A stretch of DNA of 63,504 nt, the filler included, from Chiloscyllium plagiosum (taxonomy: Eukaryota), in NCBI RefSeq assembly GCF_004010195.1. It is 3 parts of one record of this genome, joined end to end, with 100 filler letters (N's around TTAATTAATTAA, not from the genome) between each part and the next. Parts side by side here need not be neighbours in the genome. Positions count along the whole stretch, not along the records: positions 1 to 28,067 come from NC_057714.1; positions 28,168 to 45,738 come from NC_057714.1; 1 more part is not named here. One strand, 5' to 3'. The notes below the pieces were generated by a model, which worked only from the letters and a program-made list of their open reading frames with translations, was not told the origin of the DNA and made no database searches. Each line of letters begins with the position of its first letter. Position 1 is the first letter of the stretch. This document shows positions 24,560 through 37,559 of the stretch, piece after piece. The translations under genes were made by a program, and so were the position numbers.

Positions 24560-24920
24560 GCCACCCATAGACGATGAAGTCCTTCCAAATCTGCAATCTC
24601 CATATCCTGGAAGGTGAAGAGCAGCAGGATTATGTACCATCCACAAGCTATACTGCAGCAACTCGCCAAGGCTCCTTCAGTAGCGCTTTCCAAACACACA
24701 ACCTCCACAAATGAGAGGGACTAGGGAAGAAGATATATGGGAACATCACCACTGTTTACATTACGTATCAAGGCCACAGGATATTCCAACTTGGAAGCAT
24801 ATTGCTGTTCCTTCAGTGTCACTGGATCAAAATCCTGGAACCCCCAGGTGCACCTATCCCAATCCAGGGACAAGCAATGGCTCAAGGCGGAGCTTGCCAT
24901 CACTTTTCTCAAGAGCAATG
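24560..24920 (+). mobile_element. Old CR1-group LINE 3' fragment (second family)
   Basis: Reverse-complement homologue of 39130-39400 and 52620-52960 (VTGSKSWN motif). Confidence 0.65.
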
Positions 24921-25852
24921 AAGGACAGACAAATCCAAAGATGCTAAAAACCTGTGAACAAATTTGGAACCAAGTCTTCCTGTATCTCAGCCCAAAGCAT
25001 GCCTAGTCTACTTTGGGGATTGGATTTAATTCAATCGGGTGCAAACAGCCAAGCCGAGCGTGTACAGGAATTGCAATTTATGGCTGAAATAGACTTTTTC
25101 CGACCCAATAATAATGAGGATGTTGCAACAAATTCAGGCAACCTTCGCTGAGGAAAATAAACCTCGACAAAATCCACTTCTCAGAGCATTTTTGTGAACG
25201 GTTTCATGAACTTTGATGAAAAGCATAACTCAACATAATAATCCAATGCATCCGGAACTCTCTTGTTATGCAGCTCTAGCCGTGGAGACTATTGACTGAA
25301 ATTGCGGTCTGAGTGCTCGATGTCCCTTTGGGTGCCAAAAGATTTGCGACAAGGGTAAGACTTCAGAGTCAATTTGAAAGAAAAATCGAAAGGCTGCAAG
25401 GGACTTCAGAAGGCAGACAGCAGAGATCCATCATTGTCATCTTGTATACACCAACTACAGAAAAGATGAAACCGGAATAGTCAAATGCAGTAAAAAGAAT
25501 GCCCTGCAGATATTTAGAACCCTGCCAATACATGTACAAGATTTTGATTGCGAGCAACTTGAGAAACTATTTATGCACTAGTAGGTGCTGAGAGGTAAGA
25601 GAAGGCTGACAGTACGCTGCTGATATTTGGATGATAACATCACACAATGTAATATCCGAGCCTACAATATATCATTCAAAGGTAACAGCTAAGATGAATG
25701 AATATATCCACATTATCATTCCACAAAACATTTTCATTTAAATAATCATAGGGTTCAAAATTTATGGGCATTAGAGACTGTTTCATGAAAGTAAAATCCC
25801 CAATCTTCTCATATTAATGCCCTCCGTACTGCACATTTCTAATAGCTGGAGG

Positions 25853-26092
25853 ATACATAGAATCCCTACTGTGCCATTCGCCCATTGAACCTGCACCGAC
25901 CCTCTGAAAAGCAGCCCATCCTATCGCTGTAACCCTGCTTTTCCCATGGTTAATCCACATAGCCTGCGCCTCCCTGGACACCACAGACAACTTAGCTTGG
26001 CCAATCCACATAAACTGCACATCCTTGGACTGTAGGAGAAACCAGAGCACCCAGAGGAAACCCACGCAGACACGGGGAGAATATACAAACTC
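25853..26092 (-). mobile_element. Older HE1-type SINE, partial
   Basis: Reverse complement of the SINE core (GGACTGT.GGAG.AAACC.GAGCACCC.GAGGAAACCCACGCAGACAC). Confidence 0.8.
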
Positions 26093-27534
26093 AGCCTAAT
26101 GGCGAGTATTAACACATTCGGTTGAATCCGAGGGCTCTTCGGTCAAATGCGAGTCACGTCGAGTTTGTTGAAATTATTCTTGCTGTGAGGACAAGTGAGC
26201 TTTCTTGCCATATCTTACTAAACCAGTGGCATTAATTGGTATCTCAGCCCTTGGGGTGAGTAGCATGTCTGATTTCTGGCCATATCCTACCACATGACTA
26301 TCACAGGTCACATCGCCAGTTACCAGAGATCCTGGAATTCCCAAACTTCCTGGCAATGGCTTTGTTTAAGGGGCTGTTGTGTGGCTGGACAAGTCCCGGA
26401 GCTGCCCTGCATGGTTCCTGATTTTCCCCCAAAAAGGGCAGATGGAGGAAATCAGCACCTCACTTGTTTCTCTGCTCCTCCGTTGGCAGCTCTTCCTTCA
26501 TTTGCCTCAGCTCCAAGCCTCACTGGCATAGCCTCCACGAACCTCCACATCTCTTGATCTCTTGTGATGTAAAGCTCTTACACTGTTATCACCAGTGTTT
26601 TAGTGTTACAATCCTTTGGAGTGTGGAATCGTGATTTCTGGCCTAAGGAAGGTTAGTTTTGAAGAAATTTGCGGCTGACATTCACGCTGTAGTTACAAAA
26701 TGGACTCCCCAGTAACTCTGAGATCTCTTTACGATATCTGCCATTTAAAGTGGAATTTATGGTTTCTGTAAGAGCAAAGTAACTGGTGTCCATCAACCCT
26801 GTTCCACCATTCACCATGGCTGACCACTGGGTGACAATCACTCACCTTGCCAGCAGACATCCCATGATTGTTTTACAGAAAATTGTCCCTCACTCCTAAT
26901 TTCCCACACTATGTTTTTTATGCCATTAGTCTCCAGCAATCTACTGATCCCTGTCTTGAACATGATCAAAGACTGAGTTTCCATAGCTCTCGGGAGTAGA
27001 GATTTCCAAAGATCTATCACCTTCCACATGATGAAATTCAGCCTCCGCTCAGTCCGAAATGACTTGCCTCTTATCTTGAGGTTCCATCACATTGTTCTAG
27101 ACCCACCAGTGGGAGGCATGTTATCAACATCCATCCTGTCCCACCTTGTAAGGATTTTGTAAATTTCAATGAGTGCACCTCTTATTCTTTGATATTGTTC
27201 AAAATACTGACCATAATGTCTTTGTTAAATCATGTTTAATTAACATTATATTTGATTGTTCAATTAAAATTTATAAAAGTGAAATCTTGCACATTACTTT
27301 TCTCATTAGAGTCATTGATAAACTCAATTCTTCTCCTTGCTGGTCTTCACTGTGATCATTTTTGTTTCTTTGCTTCTCCTTAAACATACCTCTTTGAGAA
27401 ATCAGTTGATCACTTGTCTAAGTATCTGTTTATGTGATTCAGTTATTATTTGATAACGGACCGAGCTAAAACCTTGGGATGTTTATTATGAGTGCTGCAC
27501 AAATGCAGCTATTGCTATTACTACCAACTGTGGA

Positions 27535-27668
27535 CGTGGGTTTGGTGATGGTGGTGGGGTTTGGGGGTGGACGGTGGGAGTTTGGTGATGGTGGTGAAGG
27601 TTGGGCTGGAGGGTGGGAGTAGGTGGTGGGGTGGGTTTGGTGATGATGTTTGGGGGTGAGGGTAAGGG
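27535..27668. repeat. G/T-rich degenerate tandem repeat (GGTTTGGTGATGGTGG-like units)
   Basis: Three copies of GTTTGGTGATG about 40-55 bp apart, embedded in G-runs. Confidence 0.7.
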
Positions 27669-27956
27669 AATATGATGGCAAAATATAAATTCACACAGCA
27701 TTTTACTCCAAAAGGTTTTGTCAGGTCAGGGGGGTTAGTACATGTCATCTCTCTTCTTTGTAACAAAACCTACTTTCGTACCCAAATCCTTATCTACTTT
27801 TCAATTCAAGGGGCCTGCTCCCACATCACCATCTACCTGACCCTGTGACCATGCATCAACCCACTTAGGCCTTGAATAGCTGCATCATCAACATGACCCG
27901 AATGAAAATCTCAGCCTTTGCAAGTGCACCTTTTCCTGTATGGCCCTAATGGTAAA

Positions 27957-28067
27957 GGAGAAAGTGAGGTCTGCAGATGCTGGAGATCAGAGCTGAAAAT
28001 GTGTTGCTGAAAAAGCGCAGCAGGTCAGGCAGCATCCAGGGAACAGGAGAATCGACGTTTCGGGCAT
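27957..28067 (-). mobile_element. PLE family A terminus, truncated by gap
   Basis: Near-identical to 18355-18463. Confidence 0.85.
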
Positions 28068-28167
28068 NNNNNNNNNNNNNNNNNNNNNNNNNNNNNNNNN
28101 NNNNNNNNNNNTTAATTAATTAANNNNNNNNNNNNNNNNNNNNNNNNNNNNNNNNNNNNNNNNNNNN
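28068..28167. other. Artificial 100-bp scaffold spacer (44 N + TTAATTAATTAA + 44 N)
   Basis: Symmetric N runs around a linker with stops in all six frames; identical spacer at 45739-45838. Confidence 0.95.
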
Positions 28168-28315
28168 CATTTGGATGGGTATATGAATAGGAAGGGTTTG
28201 GAGGGATATGGGCTGGGTGCTGGCAGGTGGGACTAGATTGGGTTGGGATATCTGGTCGGCATGGACGGGTTGGACCGAAGGGTCTGTTTCCATGCTGTAC
28301 ATCTCTATGACTCTA
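28168..28315 (+). mobile_element. CR1 (HER1-like) 3' UTR
   Basis: Near-identical to 2507-2648. Confidence 0.9.
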
Positions 28316-31300
28316 GGATGGTTTTGCTGTAGTGACAGGGGCATGAATGGTGCGACTTTTATTTTAATGTAGGGAAATTACTCACTACGGGAAGGGTTTC
28401 TCCTCTTTGAGGTTCACAATCTAAATGTGGGTGCATTCACTGTAGTAATGAATCAACAGCCCACAGGGGTGCACCACCTTTGAGCCAGTTACAGTTCCAC
28501 AAATAATTCCTGTGGGTTTTATCATTAGGACAAGAAACTAACAGTTTTGTCGTAACAGATTGATGCTAAGGAATATCTGAAAGGAAAATAAAGCTTTGAG
28601 AGATGAACACTGATAGTTCCAGAACTGAGTCAGTACCAAGGCACAGCTGCCAGTTGTGGAATGAAGTAAATTGGGATGTGTAAGCAGTCAGACCCAAAAA
28701 AAACAAACCAGCAAATGAGACGTACTCATCTGACTCAACCTGGATACTCAAACAGAACTTCCGTGTGACCAATATGATTCCAGGTTCCCCTCCAGGGACT
28801 TGGAAGAGTGCAGTGCTCTGTGAGGGCTATGGGATGGAGGAGGTAATACTTATTGGGAAGAGCAAGGTCACACAAGGTTGTGAACATGGGAAGGAATATT
28901 GTAAAATGAAGGCATTGCAAATGGTGGACAGGAACGTTGTGTGAACACAAATTTGATGCAATTTGGGACAGCAGCGGAAGGCAGGTTTGCGATTTGGTTG
29001 ATGACAGCAAACAGAATGTGTCTAATCCCAGCGCTTCACCCATTGCTTCACGTTCCCCGGTGTTAAAGCAGAGGCTCTGGGGTGTTGGAGCAGCTTAACA
29101 ATCGGGAAGTCTAGAAGGATTGGTTTATCTCAGATCTCGATGAACTTAACAGCAAGATCCCATTAATGTCTTTGGAGTCTTTTCTTCTGGCTGCAGAATG
29201 TCGGATTGAGAACTTGACTGGGTGTTGGAGGGTAGACATTTCACTGCAGACAGGGTTTAGGGAGTGTGGAGGTGGAGTCAGGTCAGGGCCTGGAAGAAAA
29301 TTATGGAAGGGCCAATGAGTTTAAGGTTGGGAGGTCCATTGGAGATATTGAGGAGGCAATGGGACCTTACATGAAATGGAAAGGTCAGTGGTGTTCAATT
29401 GCTGGGCATATTTATCGATTTTATGGAGCATGATGTAGGTGAAGGGACTGATGGAAATTCTCCTATTCCTCCTGGGTCTGGGCTGATCCACCAAATTGTA
29501 TCCTCTGCAGCAACCCACCCCCAGACCAACCCATCCTCCCTTAAAACCAGCCCCATATGATCTTTATAGTGTTTGTAAAAAGCATTATTCAGAGTAGACA
29601 AGAGAGTGACCCCTGGTGTATTGACCATTACTTATCCCTCATTCTTAACAGATTGCCTGACTATTGCTCCAACTACCCTGATTTACAATGCCAAGGATGG
29701 TTCAATTTATTTCATCATCTGTGAATCCCTATGAGATGAACAGTCAATAAGTGCAGGTTCTTTGTTTCTACAGTTATTTTCATCGACCTGTTTCGACATC
29801 TTTCCAGACAGGATGGATGTTAGCCCTGTACTGTAAGACTTGAACTGAATTATGGTGGGATTTGTATCTATGTCCCAAGGGCATAACTGCTCGCAATACA
29901 AAGGTCACAATTACTGGGCTACTTTTTCAGACTGATCGATAGAACACATTGGCAAGTTTATATAATCAAAGGTTGGCAATTCAGATGAGAACCACAGAGA
30001 TGTGTGGAATTTTAATTCCAGAAAGTGCATTGCATGATGTCGACAGATTCCTCACCTGACAGCCAGACTGACAAGATTAGCTTTCAGCTAGTTGGGACTG
30101 ACCTGAGCTGATAGTTCCAGAAAGTGGTCGTAGTCCTGATGGTGGAGGTCCAATTCCTGATCACACCGCTTTGAATCCTAAATCCGCTATTATGGAGGTT
30201 CAGATGGAGCATTGAGGGGAAGTGTTTCCAGTCCTTTCGGCCCTCATGTGGTGCTGTAAAAGTTTTTACCTTGAGCCTGAAGCTGAATTGGAGGCTTGAG
30301 TTGCCAGATTTTCCAAGGTTTGGATAAATCAGCCAGTCGTTGTGAAATATGCAAAGCGGGTTAAATTGGAATCTGGCAGTTCATTAAAATAGTCAAGTTT
30401 TTCAAGTGGTTCATGCAAGTGAGTTAACTGCCAATCCTCATTAATGCCCCTCCCTCACCCTCACTGATATTAAGCACAACATGGTTGATATCTGAGGAAG
30501 GATCACTTGACCTGTAACGTTAACTCTGATTTCTCTAGCAGAGGGGCTTAGCTTCTCCAGTAATTTCTGATTTGCAGCATTCACAGTTCATTCAAATGTT
30601 ATAGCTGAGTTGGAGATGGGTTTCAATTTATTTTAAGCTTTTATTTCTGAGAATGTAAACTGTCCGATTTTTGGTTTGAAAATACAACCCATTACGACGG
30701 CAACTATGCTGTAAAAGTAGCTTGTAGTTTGAGATGTTCTGAGCTTATAAAAGGCACTATGAAAATGCAAATTTTTTTTCTTCCCTGTCATTCTGTAAAG
30801 AACATTTGGCGCAGAAATAAAGTAGCATTGCTGAGTGACATTTTCAACTCATTATTTTGATTAAAATCTGAAAAATCTGATTAATCGTCTGTGGAATGTG
30901 AATCGTTATTGAACAAGATGTGAGTGTGCCAGATAGGATCGAATTTAAAAAATCTACAAGTTCCGTTCTTGTACCTCACTTCAGCAGATTTGAAAGAAGG
31001 TATTAGGTCAATGTGGAAATGATACTATCTGAAATCACAGGAAATATATGACAAGGTTTCTGTGAGACTGATAGGCTTGGTATCTCTAGATAATCAACCA
31101 TAGAATCTCATTATTTCTGATAAAGAATTTCAAAACCTAACTTAGTATATGCTAGGTCACCATGGAGGTTGTGTAATTATTCACGATAATGAGAATTTCA
31201 ATCAGGTCTGCTCCGCTTGAAGAGAAAGTAAAAGTGATAAAAACTTGAGTCACAGTTTCAAACTTCTCAAAACAGTATTGAACTTATTGAAATTTGCTGT

Positions 31301-32714
31301 GTTCGAAACCATAAGGAACTTGGACACAAAAAGTGGTGATTCAGTCTCAATGGACAATCTTCTGACACAAAGGCAAACAACTTTATTCCCAATCCTATAA
31401 TCCTCTCCTTTGATCACTGCTCTAACTTACAAACATACGAACAACAAGCAAGAATAGGCCATTCAGCCTTTCCAGTCTGGTCCACCATTCAATAAGATCG
31501 TGGCTGATCTGATTTTAATCTCAACTTGACATTACTGCATATCCCCGATAATCTTTCATCCATTTGGTAATCGAGAATCTATCTAATTCTGCCCTCAAAA
31601 AAATTTAAAGATTCTACATCCACTGCCTTTTGAGAAACGATATTCTAAAAACTCACAACCGTCTGAGAGAGTTATTTTTCCTCCATCTCTGTCTTAAATA
31701 TATAACATCTCATTTTTAAACTGTGACCCCTAGTTCTAGATTCTCCCACAAGAGGAAGCATCTTTTCCACACCCACCTGGTAAATCCCTTCATGATCTTA
31801 GGTTTCAATTCAGTAATCTCTGACTCTTCAAAACTCCAGAGGATCGAGGTCTAGTCTGTCTAACCTTTCCTCATAAGTCAATCCACCCATGCCAGGTATT
31901 AGTCCAGTTAACCTTCTCTGAACTGCTTCTAATGTGCTAATCTCCTTCTCACTTGTACAGTAACCAGTACTATACACAGTACTCCAGATGCAGTCTCATT
32001 AATGCCCTATATAACTTAATGCCCTCCCTACTCTTATATTCAATTCTGCTCACAAAAATCATAACACTCTATTAGTTTTCTTGATTACTCACTGTATCTG
32101 CATATGAACCAGCTGCAATTCATGCACCAGGACACCCAGGTCTCTGCATCTCAGAGCTCTGCAACCTCTCACCATTTGGATAACATGCTTTTCTTTTATC
32201 CTTTCCACCAAACTGGACAATTTCAAATATTCTCATATTGTACTCTATTTGTCAGATCTTTGCCTACTTACTTAACCTATCTATATCCCTTTGTAGGCTC
32301 CTTGGGACCTCATCACAACTCATACTCCCCTGTATTACTGGCAAATTTAACTAGCACATCTTTGTTCCCTTCATCTTAAACATTTACATCAATTGTAAAG
32401 AGTTAAGACCTTAGCACCAACCCTTGTGGCACACCACTTATGACATGCTAGCATGAGAGTTGAGTTGAAAATCAGATCAGCCGTGATCTTATTGAATGGC
32501 AAAGCAGACTGGAAAGGCTGAATGGCCTATTCCTGTTTGTTGTTCATATGTTTGTAAGTTAGAGCAGTGATCATAGGAGAGGATTACAGGATTGGGAATA
32601 AAGTTGTTTGCCTTTGCGCCAGAAGATTGTCCGTTGGGACTGAATCATCACTTTTGTGTCCTAGTTCCTTATGGTTTAGAACACAGCAAATTTCAATAAG
32701 TTCATAACTGTTTT

Positions 32715-34608
32715 ATGCTAGGATGAGATGTGAAGGCTCAGATAGGGTGATTGAGAGTTATAAGGTAGCCAGGAAAGACCGAAAGAGAGAGCTAAGACAT
32801 GTGAGGAGGGGACATGAGGAGTTGTTTTGCGGATAGAATCAGGGAAAACTCTAAAGCTTTCTACAGGTATATAAGGCATAAAAGAATGACTAGAGTAAGA
32901 TTAGGGCCAACCGAGGGCAATAGTGGGAAGTTGTGTGTGGAGTCAGAGGAGATAGGGGAAGTGTTAAATGAATATTTTTTGTCAGTATTCTCACTGGAAA
33001 AAGACAACGTGATGAGGAGAATACTGAGAAACAGGCTACCAGACTAGATGGGATTGAAGTTCACAAACAGGAGGTGTTAGCAATTTTGAGAAGTGTGAAA
33101 ATAGGTAAGTACCCTGGGCAAAATGTGATTTATCCTAGGATTCTCTGTGAAGCCAGGGAGGAGATTGCCGAGCCTTTGGCTTTGATCTTTATGTCATCAT
33201 TGTCTACAGGAATAGTACCAGAAGACTGAAGGATAGCAAGTGTTGTTCCCTTGTTCACGAAGGGGAGTAGAGACAACCCTGGTAATTATAGACCAGTGAG
33301 CCTTACTTTGGTTGTGGGTAAAGTGTTGGAAAAGGTTATAACAGATAGGGTTTACAATAATCTCGATAGGAATAGGGATAGTTGATTAGGGATAGTCAAC
33401 ACAGTTTTGTGAAGGGTAGGTCATGCCTCTTTGAGAAGGTGGCCAAACAGGTGGATGAGGGTAAAGCAGTTGATGTGGTGTATATGGATTTCAGTAAGGT
33501 GCTTGATAAGATTCCCCATGATAGGCTATTGTACAAAATACAGAGGCATGTGATTGAGGGTGATTTAGAGGTTTGGATCCGAAATTGGCTAGCTGAAAGA
33601 GGGGGGTGGTTGATGGAAAATGTTCATCCTGGAGTTTAGTTACTAGTGGTGTACTGCAAAGATCTGTTTTGGGTCCACTGCTGTTTGTCATTTTTATAAA
33701 CGTAGAAGGATGGGTTATTAAATTTGCAGATGACACGAAGGTCGGTAGAGTTGTGGATAGTGCTGAGGATGTTATAGGTTACAGAGGGACATAGATAAGC
33801 TGCAGAGTTGGGCTGATAGGTGGCAAATGGAGTTTAATGTGGACAAGTGTGAGGTGATTCACTTTGAAAGGAGTAACAGGAATGCAGAGTACTGGGCAAA
33901 TGACAATATTCTTGGTAGTGTAGATGAGCAGAGAGATCTTGGTGTCCATGTACATAGATCCCTCAAAGTTGCCAACCAGGTTGATAGGGTTGTTAAGAAG
34001 GCATACGGTGTGTTAGCTTTTATTCGTAGAGGAATCGAGTTTCAGAGCCATGAGGTCATGCTGTAGCTCTACAAAACTCTGGTGAGGCCGCACTTGGAGT
34101 ATTGTGTACAGTTCTGGTCACCGCATTATAGGAAGGATGTGGAAGCTTTGAAAGGGTTCAGAGGAGATTTACTAGGATGCTGCCTGGAATGGAGGGAAGG
34201 TCTTACGAGGAAAGGCTGAGGGACTTGAGGTTTTCAATAGAGGGAAGAAGGTTGAGAGGTAACTTAATTGAGACATAATCAGAGAATTAGATAGGGTGGA
34301 CAGGGAGAGCCTTTTTCCTTGGATGGTGAAGAATAGCACAAGAGGGCATAACTTTAAATTGAGGGGTGATAGATACAGCACAGATGTCAGAGATAGCTTC
34401 TTTCCTCAGAGAGTAGTAGGGGCATGGAATGCACTGCCTGCAACAGTTGAAGACTCACCAACTTTACGGGCATTTAAATGGTCATTGGATAGGCATATGG
34501 ACGAGAATGGAATAGTGTAGGTTAGATGGGATTCAGATTGGTTTCACAGTGTGGCGAAACATAGAGGGCCGAAGGGCCTGTACTATGCTGCAATGTTCTA
34601 TGTTCTAT
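32715..34608 (+). mobile_element. CR1 LINE, 5'-truncated (about 1.9 kb)
   Basis: ENSKAFYRYI, NYRPVSL, DVVYMDFSK, KFADDTK; TTCTATG tail. Confidence 0.95.
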
Positions 34609-34929
34609 ATCCTATGCTGCCAGCCTGATAAAGACCCATTTATTCCTACTTTCTGCTTCCTGGTCTCAACCAATCTTCTATCCATGTCAATATGTAACCC
34701 CTCAGACAATACGCTTACATTTTCTGTCTTTAGTGCAGTAACTAATCAAATGCCTTCTGAAAATTAAGGACAATACATCTAGTGGTTTCCCTTTACCTTC
34801 AACACATGTCACTTCAAATAATATCAATAAAGTAGTTAAAAGTGATTTCCCTTTAACAAATCCACGTTGGCTCTGCCTGATTACCTCAAACTTATTCAAG
34901 TGCCCTATTATAACATCTTTAATAATAGT

Positions 34930-35125
34930 CACACGACACCAGGTTATAGTCCAACAGGTTATATGAAATCACAAGCTTTTGGAGCCGCAGCCCCTTCATC
35001 AGGTGAAGTCACTTCACCCAACAAAGCAGCAGCGCTCTGAAAGCTTATGAATTCCAATAAACCTGTTGGACTATAATCTGGTGTCATGTGACTTCTGACC
35101 TTGTCCATCACCAGCACCTCCACAT
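34930..35125. mobile_element. Fold-back PLE family B terminus, degraded
   Basis: Inverted CCAGGTTATAGTCCAACAGG arms, flanked by CATCTTTA(AT/TC)AATAGT at 34914-34929 and 35126-35141. Confidence 0.8.
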
Positions 35126-36030
35126 CATCTTTATCAATAGTTTCTAACATTTTCCCTATGACAGATGTTAAGCTAACTGGCCTGTAGTTTCCTGCTTTCT
35201 GTCTCCCTCCCTTTTTGAATCAAGGAGTTACATTAGCTGTTGCTTTCCTGGATACCCACCTATTCAGAGAGAAACCTGAGGGATGTTTTAAATTGGTAAA
35301 CAAAGAGAAAGGCAATTTCCAGAGAGGTAGCAGAAAAAGATGAAAGTCCTCACACCTAATGTTGGAAGTGAGGGTAGCAAGGTGAAAGAGGAAGGTTTTC
35401 AGAGATAGTAGATTGTGGGGAAAATAACGTGGAAACAATGCCTTCTTGAGTGAATCTGAAGTGATTCCTGTATGTAAATCACGTCAACAGAGGACCAGAT
35501 TCCTTACATTGAGTTCCAACGATGAGTTTCTGCAATGAGTCCTATCATAAATAAATAGAAAGTCAGAAAGTGCAGGAGAAACTCAGTTGGTCTGGCAGCA
35601 TTTCAAGTCAGATATTATGTTTTTTCAAATGTGTTCTGTGTTTTCTTCAGTTTGTGTTGAATAAAAACTAACCCATTATAACAGAACAAGATGATGCATT
35701 AACTGGCGTCAGTATATGAAGATCTTAGAAAGTTGTCGATTAAATCTGTTATCCATGAGAATCAAAGGTATTTTTTTCAATGTGATGAAATTGATTTACC
35801 TGATTCAATCTGTCATTATTTTCAAACACAGTGGAAGCCAGCAGAAGAAATCAAATTTCTACAGAGAATAAATCAAATTGTCAGCAGCTTTCAGGTTAAA
35901 TGTACACTTCCAAAGGTAAAACTGTACAAACTGTTCTGCTTAGACTTCATATAACAGTGGAAAGCTGATGGAAATGGCAAAGAGATGAGTTAAAGATGAA
36001 ACAATGAAACTGTTTTGTAGTGGGTGAAGT

Positions 36031-36318
36031 TGGGTGACATGATGGCTCAGTGGTTAGCACTGCTGCCTCACAGCGCCAGCGACCCAGATTCAATTTCACC
36101 CTTGGGTGTCTGTGTGGAGTTTGCACTTTCTCCCCTTGTCTGTGTGGGTTTCCTTGGGGTGCTCCAGTTTCCTCCCACAGTCAAAAGATGTGTAGGTTAG
36201 GTGGATTGACCATGGGAATACAGGGTTATTGGGTAGGGGAGTGGATCAGGGTGGGATGCTCTTTGGAGGGGAGGTCTGGACTGAATGGTCTGTTTCCACA
36301 CTGTAGAGCTTCTATGAT
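36031..36318 (+). mobile_element. Older HE1-type SINE
   Basis: TGGCTCAGTGGTTAGCACTGCTGCCTCACAGCGCC head and conserved core. Confidence 0.85.
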
Positions 36319-37138
36319 CCTATATTGACTATACGGTACAGAAATATGTCATTCAGACCAACTGAATTATCATCCTATCCTTAATTAATTTCAAAAATTG
36401 TATGAGCACTTGTAATCTGAATTGCAAATTCTTGTCAGCTGTACAGAGAAAGGCATACTTGTTCAAAGTATTCTTTATAAAATGATCTCACCCTGGTTTT
36501 TCATTAAACATATTAAAATGACTTTCCCACTGCTGTAGATCATTGGTGGGCGAACACAACAAAATGTCAACTGCAGTGTCAAGTAAAGATTAAAAAAAAG
36601 GGGATTTTTGAGACTGAGGTCTATTGGCGAAAACCAACTTAACACAGTAGGCCAGCGGGGAGGTTAAACCATTTTCGCAAAACTGAACATTTTAATCAGA
36701 GAGGCCACTGTATAGGTAAGAGGCTGAGATTTGAAAAGAAATTCCACTTAATATTCACGTAATAATACCTGTAACTTTGCTGGAATGCAAATCAACATAA
36801 AATGCAACTCACCAAATGTCTGTACTTTATTTCAATAATGATAATTAAAAATACAGACACAGGATTTTTTTTTCAGCCCATTAAAACAGAGGAGAGAGAA
36901 ATTTTTCAAAGAATAGATTAGGCCAGAGGGTGAATTTTTTTTTGGAAGAATGCATGCTAATGGGTAATAAATCTGGATTAGTAATAGCAGAGTTTATTGC
37001 AGAACAGAAAGGATCATTTTTATATGAAGAATGAATAGAAGAGAAAGAGAAATTGCTGATTAATCTGTCAGTTACGAATGAAGGCAAGTAAAGCAAATAA
37101 TAAGTTCTCTGTGAATCTAGCAAAGTAGGGTACTATAG

Positions 37139-37462
37139 TGGGCGGCACGGTGGCACAGTGGTTAGCACTGCTGCCTTGCAGCGCCAGAGACCCGGGTTCA
37201 AGTCCCGACTCAGGCGACTGACTGTGTGGAGTTTGCACGTTCTCCCTGTGTCTGCGTGGGTTTCCTCCGGGTGCTCCGGTTTCCTTCCACAGTCCAAAGA
37301 TGTGCAGGTTAGGTGAATTGGCCATACTAAATTGCCCATAGTGTTAGGTAAGGGGTAAATGTAGGGGTATGGGTGGGTTTCGCTTCGGCGGGTCGGTGTG
37401 GACTTGTTGGGCCGAAGGGCCTGTTTCCACACTGTAATCTAATCTAATCTAATCTAATCTAA
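37139..37462 (+). mobile_element. Young HE1-type SINE, full length
   Basis: A box TGGCACAGTGG, B box GGTTCAAGTCC, (AATCT)n tail; highly similar to 41999-42316. Confidence 0.93.
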
Positions 37463-37466
37463 TATA

Positions 37467-37559
37467 TCCTGAAGAAGGGCTTATGCCCAAAACGTCGATT
37501 CTCCTGTTCCCTAGATGCTACCTGACCTGCTGCACTTTTCCAGCAACACATTTTCAGCT
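37467..37559 (+). mobile_element. PLE family A terminus (hammerhead G12 mutated)
   Basis: CTGAAGAAGGGCTTATGCCCAAAACGTCG. Confidence 0.82.

Larger units (their letters stand above)
31425..35240 (-). mobile_element. Old CR1-group LINE split into 31425-32450 and 34610-35240 by a composite insertion
   Basis: 3' tail at about 31430. RT motifs continue after 34610 (IRQSQRGFVKGKSLL..). PLE insert at 34930-35125. Confidence 0.8.

Noticed and set aside
28112..28123. TTAATTAATTAA islands inside N runs (also 45783-45794)
   Set aside because: The identical 44N-linker-44N layout is an artificial scaffolding spacer, not biology.
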